The notes below the pieces were generated by a model, which saw only the letters and a program-made list of their open reading frames with translations, searched no databases and was not told the DNA's origin. The translations under genes and the position numbers were made by a program. DNA of 64,000 bases from Zootoca vivipara (Eukaryota): contig NC_083288.1 of NCBI RefSeq assembly GCF_963506605.1, positions 33,852,001 to 33,916,000 of the forward strand, written 5' to 3'. Shown in pieces: positions 14,601 to 34,480 of the stretch. Each line of letters opens with the position of its first letter. Within the stretch, counting starts at the first letter, position 1.

Positions 14601-15988
14601 GCTGAGTGTTTCTGGAACAACAACAAAACCTGTATTTGGAGCTGCGCTTGTTGTTGTTGTTTTCTGACATGGAAATTGAGGCCCTTTTGATTGTCCAAGG
14701 TTAATCAAACAGGTCAACAAGACACTGATTTAATGCCTGTGGTTTTTTATAGAGTAATATAATCGTCACTATAATGTTGATGATGTTGACACTGAAGCAA
14801 GCAAAAATAAGTGTCCCACTGAGGTTTTTTAGCCATTTTCAGGCGGTTTACTGAGGGAGCAGTGTTTTGAGAATCACCAGTGGAGGGTAGCCCTGTCCCA
14901 GGCTTCATCTATATGCCACATTAGCACTTAGCATGGATCAAGTAAGGGGCGGGGCTTTTTACACAGTGGCTGTGTTGCATTTTAAATGTGAGGTTTGCAT
15001 TCATTGATTTCATACCTTTTAACCCAGTTTGCAGACAAATACTGTCTCCTAAAGTACAGTAGTATATCATTAACCAAACAAAAAGATGTAGAGAGGCCCT
15101 GATCTGTGGCTTACAAACCAAAAAAGGCAACACGAACAAGGGAAGGGGAGTAGAGGGAGATCAGTCCCTGAACAAAGGGGTAAGTTGCAAACATACATTT
15201 TTGTCCCGATGGAGCCAGAGTGATCCACCCTTGCAGGCTGTCGTGCTTGGATAGAAGTGTTGCAGTGGACCCACCAGCCCTTGTTCCTCTGACTGGTGGC
15301 AGAGGTCGGAGCGTGCCGCCCTTCTGACCCAGGGCATTTGCTGCACACAATTGCACATATTTCAGTCATGCTCAAATGATTGCTCAACTTATATTATTGT
15401 GGAAACGAATACCCAACCCCCACTCTTGCCCCCCCCCCAAATCTAGCACATCCATCACCATCAGACTATGGCAGGGATAGGGAACTTGCGGCACCTCCAG
15501 ATGTTGCTGGACTGCAACTCCCACCATCCCTGCCCACTGGTCACGCTAGTTAGAGCTGAGGTCCAACATCATCCGGAGGGCCGCAGGTTGCCCACCCCCT
15601 GGATTCTGCCATCAACCATCAGCTGTGGCTGTTCCATGGCAGCACATTTCTGAATACAAGTTTGAGAACCTGCAAGCTGTAAGCATTTGCCTGACCTCTA
15701 TTGGAAACAGGAAGCTGGTCTAGATGATCTCAGGTTGCATGACTCAATGATAGTTGGTTTTTAGGAAGGAGATGGAAAGGGTTGGTTGGATGCAGGAAGA
15801 AGAGATCTGGGGGGTACAGCCTTCTGCTTTCTCTGATGCGTTGCCTTCTCTTGCTTTGCTGCCAGAGCACGGGGGTCCTGAATGACCTGCCTGGAGGTGT
15901 CTACAGTACCCATGTCAGCCCCCGTGGGGTCCTAGCTGCTACTTCCAACAATAATTTGTACCTCGCACAGACTCCAGTGAGACCTTGA
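5617..15988 (+). CDS. Uncharacterised WD40-repeat (beta-propeller) protein, 10 coding exons, 353 aa
   Basis: Exons with AG/GT ends and compatible phases: 5617-5744, 7810-7894, 8783-8918, 11126-11315, 11427-11535, 13126-13157, 13342-13441, 13921-13986, 14242-14334, 15866-15988 (1062 nt, ends TGA). WD40 signatures: VAAGLRTGAIKVF, SGGKVKLWHV, MDGHMSRVYALTF..FISGGWDDTVQFWS, GPHICGDAVSID..ILTGSWRRNNTLQIWE. The first exon and ATG are the least certain part. Confidence 0.88.
6764..7195 (+). mobile_element. L2-type LINE 3' fragment
   Basis: Degenerate ORF2 end (LHWLPV..LTFKALNGLGPVYL..RAFSVVAPILWNALP) followed by 3' UTR and a TAAA/TTA tail. Confidence 0.8.
8458..8661 (+). mobile_element. Sauria SINE, 5'-truncated
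   Basis: Matches the 3' half of the copies at 18472 and 31058; ACCTTT tail. Confidence 0.85.
9166..9294 (-). mobile_element. Short 5'-truncated retroposon/L1 3' end
   Basis: Flanked by a 21-bp direct repeat CGGTAAAAAGGATTTTTAAAA (9145-9165, 9295-9315); T tract and TTTATT at the left end. Confidence 0.6.
9628..9818. mobile_element. Tc1/mariner-type MITE
   Basis: TA-CAGTGGTAC...GTACCACTG-TA. Confidence 0.8.
12052..12187. mobile_element. hAT-type MITE (same family, opposite orientation)
   Basis: Same TIRs; 8-bp TSD CTCTAAGC. Confidence 0.9.
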
Positions 15989-17690
15989 GCTCGGCTTGAA
16001 ACTCTCACTACGGAATTGTGTCACCCACACCTTCCCATCATGCTCTGCTTCAAATGATTGTTGAAACCTTCCCATCATGCTCTGCTGTTTAAGGACATGC
16101 CGACACGCCCGGCTATCCTCTGATAATTCTCTGCTCTTGTGGACAAACAAAATCATGGTCTGCCACTGGAGACTGGATGTGGCCATCCCAGCGTGCTCTG
16201 TTTGTATCAGCAGCTTCTCATCATGCTTCTGCTGGTGATGAATGCCAACGACGCTTGTAACCTTCTCATCATGCTTTGCTTCTATGGATGCCTTCCTGGT
16301 TTGATCCAATGCCAAGCTCACCATGACTACATCAGCAGTTTTGTCTTCCGGGGACCATGTACTAGCACCAGTCTTTGCTCCTAGGGAATTATGACCAACT
16401 TCATCATTTCCCAAGACTGCAGTTACTTTCCCATCATCCTCTGCAGCAGCTGTGGCTACTCCCACCATCCTCTGCTGCTGTGGGCCTGTGGTCTCGTTGA
16501 CTGCTGCTGTCATGCAGTTCATGGGCTTGTTCCCAGAACCCTCTGGGGCTTGAAACATTCCCCATAATCCTGTATTGTAAAGAATCATGACAACCTAACA
16601 AAAGAAGCCAATCACTCTTTGGGACCAGAACCACCTTCCCAACAGACGCAGAGATAGGTAGCCCTTCGTGTTTCTGCATTGATTTGACATCCCTGCTCAG
16701 GGGTTAAAAATGAAAGTACATTTCTCTCTCTCTCTCTCTCTCTTTTCCCCACATCCCAGCTTGGCTACCCTAAAACACTGCCTTGGAGCCAAATTAAACC
16801 ATCATGGCTGGGTCTCTTTGTGTGTCCAGGACTCCTGGGTTCTTTGGGAGAAGAATGGGATCTCTGGGCCATACAGGAGTGGGGTAGATGGGAGTTAAGA
16901 CTGCTGGATTCTCTGAAAGAGGCCAAGATTTCACCCACAAAATTATTTTCCCCGATGGTGTATGTGAAGAGGATAGTGCCTCTGGGCATGTGCAGAGTGC
17001 ATTTCCCTCACCACTTACTAAAAACAGCTCTTCACCATAGCTTTGGGATCGCATGGAAGATCTCCCAGGCCACAGGAGGTTCCTTAGAGAATCTTAGAAA
17101 TCCAATGCCTGAAATTTTCCTCCCATGAAACACAAGGCAGAACTGCAAAAACAGCCTCAGTTTATTCTGTGAAGAACAGTTTTCAGCTTGTTGCGACTCA
17201 TGTTGAGGGCCTCACTCAGGGACCTGGGATGCTAGTTAGAGATGGAGCAGAAATTAGATTCAGTTCACATTCCAAGGTGAAGTTAACAAATTTGCCCTTT
17301 CCAAAACAATATGCAAATTGAAACAAAGCCATCCTTGGACATTGGCGCTTCTCCAAATTTTGCAATGCAGTTTTCCAACCAAGTAACATGTAAAAGAATG
17401 CACATATTATGGCAAAGTGTACCTACAAATGCAGGTGTTAGTGAAAAGCAACATTACAATAAGGGAAATTGCTTTGCAGAAAAATACAGTACGTCTATTA
17501 GGGGAAATGACATACAAATGTATTATCAGGTGAAATTCTCGCTAAAACACTTGATTAATTTTCACAAGGACTGTGCAATGCACAGATCATAAATTAGTGT
17601 GGAAATGTGAAGACCTGAAATTATGATTTGAGAAAAAACCAAAATCAACAGATTAGTGCATCCTTAGATGCTAGGCAGCAGAAAGGTCTT

Positions 17691-26259
<8,569 letters not shown>

Positions 26260-27754
26260 GCTGGGGGCTGCTGAGCTTCCTCTCGTCCCTTCCAGGCTGG
26301 TTCTTGCAACAGGCCCCTGGCCGTCCCCTTCCCCCTCCGGAGGCTGCTGCCTCAGCGCTTTCCAAGCTAAGCGACACCCAGGTTGTACCCCAGCCAGAGT
26401 CCAGTGGGAGGCTCTTAAAGCGAAAGCCCCTCGGCTCGGCGTGTATTTTCCGCGTGCCTCTCTTGGCGAAGGAGCGAGTGGGTCAGACTTGTGCCTTTAA
26501 CCAGGAGTTGCATTTCCCCAGAGTTTAATTCGTGTTTGTGTGTGTGTTTTTTCTCTGTGTAATTGAAAAAATACAAGAGTGCCTCTTTCTGAGTACTAGC
26601 CAGGAGTACCACACCATGGGAGTAGCCAGGATTTTTGTTGGGGGGTGGGGCAGAACCTCGGATTTGTATTGATTTAGGGGGGCAGCTCGCTCCTCCTCTT
26701 GCCCCAGCCCATGTAGCGCACTTAGAGAATGCGGGACTGACATAACGCTAGATTCATATCAAATGAATTTGACCACGTGTCCATGGAGTCCAAAAATTGG
26801 TTCTTTATCAATGGTCAGCCAGAACACACTCGAAAGCTCAAAAGCAGGATGCATAATACCATGAGGTTGCTGTTGTGCTCAGAGCCTGATTGCAGATCCC
26901 GACCACTGTGAGAACAGGTCTGTGCTAGGTAGACCACTGGCCTTGATCGAACAGAGCTATTTTTATGTTCTTAAATAACTTCTCTAATGTTGTTTTCCAA
27001 AAGGAGTAATGCATGCTGTCCGCACAGGTCATTGCCAGATTTATAGGTGAAGATGAAGGGTTTATTCTATTTGAGTCAGCTATGGATAGTTGAGCAGATC
27101 TAGAAACAACACACACGCACCCCCCATCATACCATTTGGGGGTTCGATTCAGTCACATCCCAGTAAATTTAGGGTACATAGTTACAGTGGATTGGGAGGT
27201 CTTGTGCAAGAAACCTACTTCTAATAAAAGATTGGGCTTCTTACCATAAGGAAGGTGATTACTGGGGAGCAAATGCATTGGAAAGTGTGAGGTGACAAAT
27301 GTCTCCAGTCTCTCCTCAAATAAATCAGCATGGGTGGTCAACAAGCAGGTAATCTGCAAGCACCCAGGCACTCCTCAAGGTTGGCGCCCTCAACAGTTCC
27401 GTGTTGCCTCCTGTTTAATCCAACTCTGTCTCTACCCCACCAGGTTCCAGGCCCTGAGGCACTCAGAAATAGTAGATTCAGTCCCCCCCTCTCCACTGCC
27501 ATTCAGTACTGTACATGCAATGCCCTTCAACACAGTATTAATTCTGAAGCTGGTTTAATGGTTATAACATCCCCCCAGGGAATCCTGGGAATTAAGATGA
27601 TTTGTCAAGAGACTCTAAGCCCTATCACAGAGCTACAGTTTCCACATTTACTTGGATAATACGGTAAGTTTAAGCTAAATGGGTTTCAAGCCTATTTTGA
27701 TTTGCAGCAGTGCAGAAATGTGATCAGCGTGAGGGCTCTGGCGGGGGCAGGGGG

Positions 27755-27844
27755 CATAGCTGCCAAGTTATCCCTTTTTTAAAGGGATTTTCCCTTATGC
27801 TGAATAGGCTTCCTTGCGAGAAAAGGGAAAACTTGGCAGCTATG
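27755..27844. mobile_element. 90-bp hAT-type MITE inserted in the last exon of the IgV gene
   Basis: Same TIR as 25927-26016; perfect TSD GCAGGGGG (27747-27754 and 27845-27852). Confidence 0.9.
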
Positions 27845-29066
27845 GCAGGGGGGCAGCTTCAGGACTGCATCTTGTGGCACTCTTGCTGCTCACGAGCTCC
27901 TGGAGCTTGGCCTCAAGTTGCTTCACAGCTTCCACAATTTGACCCAGCTTGCTCAGGATATCTGGACGGCTGAGACATGGGGATGAAAGGGAATCTTCCA
28001 GCTGTTCCTCAGGGTCTGCAGGGAATTAAGTAAGATCAGCATCCAACACAGTAGGGTTAGAAATGAATTAATTAAACACCAAAATCAAAGCTGAGACTCT
28101 TGCGATGGACCCATCACCATCTTCTGTACTTCTCCCATGTGGAAACACAATCCATACAAATTCCGAAAACTTGATATTGCTACGCAGAATTACAAGGCAC
28201 CGTAGTAATGTTTAGGCATTGGCAAGTCTTTCTCCACCTCTGTTTGATATGGCTTTGTTAATAGCTACCGTACCTGCCTAGTCACCTGGGGTGATAAGGC
28301 ACACCACCTGCAGGCAAATCAAGGCAGGAGCTATTTGTATAGAAGAGAACAAAAGCCTTTCTTGTATGGTGCAAAATGTATGCCTTTAATGTACCCCAAA
28401 TTACTAACATTATGTGGGGAGCAGGGGGAAGACAGGTGAGTGTCTTTTTTTTGACATCTAAGATTTATAGATGTTAGCTAGGCTGACTTAATTTTTAAAA
28501 TGTGATTATAAACCCAATTAAACTGGAAATAAAATGAACCAATGTAGAAGGTAAAGGCTGCATATTGGAAGTTTCCAGAGGAAAACAAGCCTCCCTCTTT
28601 CGAAAGAAATGAAGGCTAGGAATAGATATTTACTGAAGGGGGTGGGAGTCAGAGAAAGAGCAGTGAAGAATGGGTGGAGATGGGTTTCTAGGATAGCCAC
28701 GCAATTCTGTGTCAACCTGTGGCTATTTGCTATTGATTGTAAATTATTTCACTTGGAATTGATGGGTGCGGTTTTGTTTGATTCTTTGCTGATATTGTGT
28801 AGATAATATCATCTTGTGGCTGTGTGTGAAAGGGATTCTGCAGCTGTTATACTCTGAATTATAAGAGGATGGCAAGGTGACTTTTGTTGTACATTTGGAT
28901 AATAATTGCCTTCAATCCAGCAATGTAGGAAATATAACTTTAAAAATGGAGCTGGGGAGATGAAAAAAAAATATATTATCGCCTGCCCCAGTAAAGAGTG
29001 CTGCATGATCCTGGGGCGTATTCCGAGGCAGCCAGACCTTAAAAGTAGTCCTGCTGGTGCTTGGTT

Positions 29067-29103
<37 letters not shown>

Positions 29104-31805
29104 ACCTGCCACACCATCCACCTCTCTTACCTGCAACTTGCAAAGTCACTTCCCGGATGCGCACTTCCGGCGTGTATGTGACGTAGCATCTGTAGTTGCC
29201 AGAGTTTCCAGTGCCAACCCGGGAGATGAGCAAGGACGCGTTGCCATTCCCCAGCTCTTCCCGGCTCAGGCTGACACCTTCCCTGGAGGTGGTCACCACA
29301 TCGTCAAATTCCGCCAGCTGCCTGCCCCGGTGGAACCAGAGGATTGTGAGTCGGCTGAGGTCCACGGTAGGCTCATCCACGGTAAAGATGCAATTCAGCA
29401 AGACATCATCTCCAACCGCAGCTTTCACCAGAGAGGGCTCGGCCTGCACTTGCAGCTTCCCGGCTGGGTCAAGCAACACAGAACAGACACATAAGAAGAG
29501 CACTCCTCTTCTTAGGAGTCAGGTCTCACAGTCAGCTGCCGTTTGGCAAGTGCTGAGAAATCAATGAATATGCAGGCATGTGCGAACTGGCCTTAGGGTG
29601 GCAGGCAGCGCATCCTACTTTATCGTTCCGTCTGGGTTGCTGCCTGCTTAACTGAGAAAGTACAACCATTAGACACCTGATAGCTCAGTTGGTTAGAGCA
29701 AGGTGCTGATGACACCAAGGTCGCAGGTTTGATCCCCATATGGGACAGTTGCACATTCCTGCATTGCAGGGGGTTGGACCATTGGGGTACCATTTCAGCT
29801 CTACAATTCCGTCTTCCATGTGACAAGGGCCTTGAAATGGACCATCAACACAGGTCAACAGTCTTCCCCAGGATGTTGAGATGGATTGCATTTTTGTTTC
29901 AATTATAGTGATTGTGTCTAGATTTTCATCCAAACATACAAATTAGCACATGCAGATTTTTACACAAATATATCTTTTTTAAAAAAAAGTTATGTGTTTC
30001 CTCTTTATCAGTGATGCCTATGTGGCTCTAAATAGAATGATTGGGGAAATCTAAGGACCATCTTAAACGGCATCAAACTGAGAAGCCATACAGCCAAAGA
30101 TCATCCGGTGATCGGTCTTCCATGGGCCATCTTGCTTAAATAGCTCAGTAAGTGAGCAGATCTCTTACTTGTAGACTGTCCTGGGTTCAATCCATGCATC
30201 TGTATCTAAAAGCCTACCAGCTAAGAGGGTCGAGAAGAGACTTTTTCCAAATCCTTGGAAGGCTCTTGCCAGTCAAGTTACCGTACGCACCAACAGGCTC
30301 CAATTCAGATAAGCCAACTTAACTTCATTCAGGGGGTGCTTCCAGGCTTTCACTGTATTTGGGTGGGATATAGTCACATACTGTACAGGTAAATTCAGGT
30401 CCCACAACTGCAATGGATTGGGAGGTCTCGTGCAACAAACCTCCTTCCCCAAAAGGCCAGACTTCTTGCGATAAGGAAAGTGACAAGGAAAGGCATCGAA
30501 AGCGTTGGATTGCACTTGCTTCGGTGCAAGGCCATCTAAACACCTCTCAAACAAATCGGGACAAATGAGCAGGTCATCTGGAAAGACCTTGAGTCACCCC
30601 AATGGTGTTGATTTGAAATAGGTTCAGGGCAAGCAAAAGTTTTTCTTTATGAAACACACAGTTTACTTAATTCCACATTAAAAGACTGCCAAATTATATT
30701 GATAATTGCCTAGCAGCAAAAACTGCCCACAAGATTGCAATCTATTGATATATATTGATGTATATATAACTGGGAAAATGGAATCCCCATGTTGAAAGGT
30801 AATGTACCTGTGTTAAAGTACTGAAAGGCTGGGAGCACCAGGTTGCTCCCCAGATGACTGACAGTAGTTAAAAACAATGTGTCTGGTGGTTCACAAGCAA
30901 GTCACAAAGACAACACTGTCCACCCCCTCCTCTCTGCTCCTTTCTCCAGCCCAGCAACACTTCATGCCAAGTGCCAGCCCCTACAACCACTCCACTTAAG
31001 TGGTTGCACATTGCTTTCCAGAATAATGGATAATTGTGAATAATACTGCTGTATTAAGGGACGAGGGTGGCACTGTGGGTTAAACCACAGAGCCTAGGGC
31101 TTGCTGATCAGAAGGTCGGCGGTTCGAATCCCCGCGACGGGGTGAGCTCCCGTTGCTCGGCCCCTGCTCCTGCCAACCTAGCAGTTCGAAAGCACGTCAA
31201 AGTGCAAGTAGATAAACAGGTACCGCTCCGTCGGGAAGGTAAACGCCGTTTCCGTGCGCTGCTCTGGTTTGCCAGAAGCGGCTTAGTCATGCTGGCCACA
31301 TGACCCGCAAGCTGTACGCCGGCTCCCTTGGCCAGTAAAGCGAGATGAGCACTGTAACTCCAGAGTTGTCTGCGACTGGACCTAACGGTCCGGGGTCCCT
31401 TTACCTTTACTGTTGTATTAAGACTGACTTCTTTGGGAAGTGGTGGGCACTCCTTGGCTGGAGTCTAGAGGACCATCTGCCCAGGGTGCTGCAGTCTGGA
31501 GATGGATAACCCATGGCCCTGCAGATGTTCTTGGACTCCCATCAGCCCCAGCCAACACAGCCAATGGTCATAGATGATGGGAATGTAGCCCAGACACATC
31601 TGGAGGGCCACTGGTACCACCAGCGACCTTGCAGTAGTGTCATCCTGCATTGAGCAGGTGGCTGAACTAGATCTTGGCCTCTAAAGTCTCTTCCAACTCT
31701 TAAGATGCCTTTGCTGCCCACCTCCTTCAATTTCAATGCAGGCAACTCACCGGCTTTTCCAAGGAAGCAGAAGGAGGTGAGGAAGATCAGTGTGAAGAAG
31801 CCCAT
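27840..31805 (-). CDS. Secreted single-IgV protein (B7/NCR3LG1-like V domain) with C-terminal coiled coil, 3 coding exons, 187 aa
   Basis: Exon 1 31805-31751 is a signal peptide MGFFTLIFLTSFCFLGKA (phase 1). Exon 2 29463-29131 is an IgV domain (VLLNCIF, ILWFHRG, GNASLLI, NSGNYRCYV; phase 1-1). Exon 3 28015-27840 reads DPEEQLEDSLSSPCLSRPDILSKLGQIVEAVKQLEAKLQELVSSKSATRCSPEAAPLP*. AATAAA on minus at 27061-27066. Exons 1-2 are solid; exon 3 is a strong prediction. Confidence 0.8.
29069..29101. repeat. (CA)n microsatellite
   Basis: Direct read. Confidence 0.95.
31058..31410 (+). mobile_element. Sauria SINE, full length
   Basis: Same family; TSD-like actgctgtattaa/actgttgtattaa. Confidence 0.9.
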
Positions 31806-32460
31806 CCCTGCAAGCAGTGGCTGTTCTTCTGGAGATTGTGGCAGTCCCTTACAGCACAGCAAAACACAGCCAAGGGGGCACGGCTTACGTGCCTGCTTCC
31901 ATTATCAGCAGAGACAGCAGAGTGTGTGGGCACCTCAACACTCTCTGGCACCCCAAGATAACGGGGTGTTTGTGCTTGCCTGGCACTGCCCCTGTGATCT
32001 CAACCCTTTCTATCTCGGTTGTTGTCCCTACCCAGTATTCCCGTGGTTATTATGCAAGAAACATCTGGCCTATCTTGAATGCCAGTGGCGACTTGGGTGG
32101 GGAATAAAAATGGCATTTGCCTCAGGCAGATATTCAGTTCAAGAACCTGGCTGCAGGGCATCACCCTCTGCCCCAAAGGTCTTGCGCCAAGAGGCTTGTG
32201 CTTACGAAACATATGGAAGATAAGATTAAGAGCGGCAGGGGCTGTGACTTGTTCCATATCCATCAGTGCATCCCAACTCCACGTAAGCAGAAGAGGTTCC
32301 CCCAACCAACGTTCCACTTAGACGCGAATGGAGGTGGGCAGGTGTGGGTATTATATGACTCTTGTTCACAAAATGAGCAGCAATACCTTCAGGACTCTGA
32401 ATTCAAGGAAAAGCAAAAATAAAATAATCCAGTAGCCTGCATCCCCATCATCCTCTACTG

Positions 32461-32598
32461 CAGTGTTTCTCAACCAGTGTGCCTCCAGATGTTTTGGGAC
32501 TACAACTCCCATCATTCCTGACCACTGGTCTTGCTAGCTAGGGATGATGGGAGTTGTAGTCCCAAAACATCTGGAGGCACACTGGTTGAGAAACACTG
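32461..32598. mobile_element. hAT-type MITE, same core with different TIR
   Basis: TIR CAGTGTTTCTCAACC; TSD CTCTACTG. Confidence 0.88.
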
Positions 32599-32928
32599 CT
32601 CTACTGTGTTGCACAGAAGGCAAGTGTTTCTCTGGAGTTTAGAAGGCACCCATACATTTTCTTTATTCTGATAAGCTTTTGGCCTCCTTTAATTTCCATC
32701 TCCTAGTGGATCTGTTTGATCGGCTTGATTTAATGCTCTCTTAAAAAAAAAAAAGACTTGTTACCAGTGCTTTCTTTCCTTAAAAAATGTCAATTCCCTA
32801 CTCATATTGAAATACTGCCCCTCAATGAGGCCAAACTTAAATTCACAAAATGTTAGGGGTATGCGTACCCCTGCATACCCCCAGAAAAAAGCACTGCTTG
32901 TTACTTTAATGATGGAAACTGCCTAGGT

Positions 32929-33649
32929 TAGGGTTACCAGACACCCCCCGTTTCCGGCGACAGTCCACAGATTTGCAAATCTGTCCCCGGACAAATTCCG
33001 TCCCCGGAATGTCCCCAGATTTGCAAATCTGTCCCCGGGAAACGTGGCAGCGGCAACCTCAGCAGCCCAGAGCCAGCCTGGTAGCGCAGTTGGCTCTGGC
33101 TGGCTGCGGGCTGTTGGCTGCCACTGCCACTGCCGAAGGCGAACCAGGGATGTCTGGCGGTACAGCTCTCCTGCCCCCTTCCCCCTTTGTTTTGACTGAT
33201 GGGGGAGGCTCGGGAGTTGCAGGCAGGTGGCTGTTGCCCAGGAGGGGCGCAAGGCACGTGGTTTCTCTGCCGGGCAAGGTGCAAATCCCTTCTTTCGCAC
33301 CCTGTGAAACATAAATGCGCAGTTTTTTTAAAAACTCGGCAACGGCACACTGCCCACCCATGACTCCCGAGCCTGCCCCTGCCCTCTTCCCCCTTTGTTT
33401 TGACAGAACGGGGGAGGCTCGGGAGCTGCAGGGCGGGCAGCCATTGCCCAGTTTTTTAAAAACTCTGCGCATTTATGTTTCACAGGGTGCGAAAGATGGG
33501 CTTTGCTCGTTTATACAATATGCATGTGTGCTTGGGCCCAGGGTCTTTTCCTCACCATCCCCACTACTGACTCCCTGTTGCTACTCAGCTTCAAAAAAAG
33601 AAAAGAAAAAAGTGCCCTCGGATTTATTGAAAAAAATCTGGCAACCATA
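32929..33649. mobile_element. Non-autonomous hAT element (~720 bp) with internal duplications
   Basis: TIR TAGGGTTACCAGA / TCTGGCAACCATA; TSD GCCTAGGT/GCCCAGGT; repeated subterminal blocks. Confidence 0.75.
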
Positions 33650-34480
33650 GCCCAGGTGCCACGCTTTTGAAAACTGAAAGATGGAGCATAAATAAGAGTG
33701 GATGAAGCACAGTGAGTCCACATAAAAAGCCTTTTGTGCAAGCACCCCAAGTCGAGGAAGCAAGAGTAAACTGTTGGGAATTGTCTCTAATACTCTGTCA
33801 TCCCAAGTAACTGAATGCAGGCTGAAGTGCTCAAGGAAGCGAGGAACCGCTAAGGTTCATTTCAGTTGAAGTAGAAACCAAAGTTAGGATCCCAGTGCAC
33901 TGTTTAGCGATTGCCAAGACTTATCTGTTCACCTGACCCCTGCAGACTCTGTTCAGACCCTTCTAGGCATCTCTCCCCATCCATAATCCTGCACCCATTC
34001 CCTTTCAAGTACAACAATGATGGAATTACCAGTTCTTTATTTAGCCAAGAGACATAAACAACCCAGAATGCTTTGCGGGCTTTGTGGGGAGGAAGTGTTA
34101 GAAGACCAGTTCCACATGGACAGTCAAGCTTCTGAATCTTGCTACCAAGATTCTATAGTATTGTGGAAAAATCTCAGGATGTGTCAGCCAAAGTGCAAAG
34201 GAGGGCAATAAGTTACGGCAATATTTGAAGATGACTGGGAAGACAGTGTCCTTAGGTCAACAAGGTAATGAATCCTGCATATAGGTGACTGGAGCAACCG
34301 GCAAATGAACCTTTCAACCTAGGGAGAAATAAATGTTGGTTAAGAGTCTACAAATGCTCAGAGGTAATTGCTGGCATGCAGGTTCTAGGGTTGCCCTCTA
34401 TCATATATATGAAGCCACACCCCCACCCCCACACACCCCACCCGTACCCCACCCGAAACAGACACCAGAATCCAGATACC

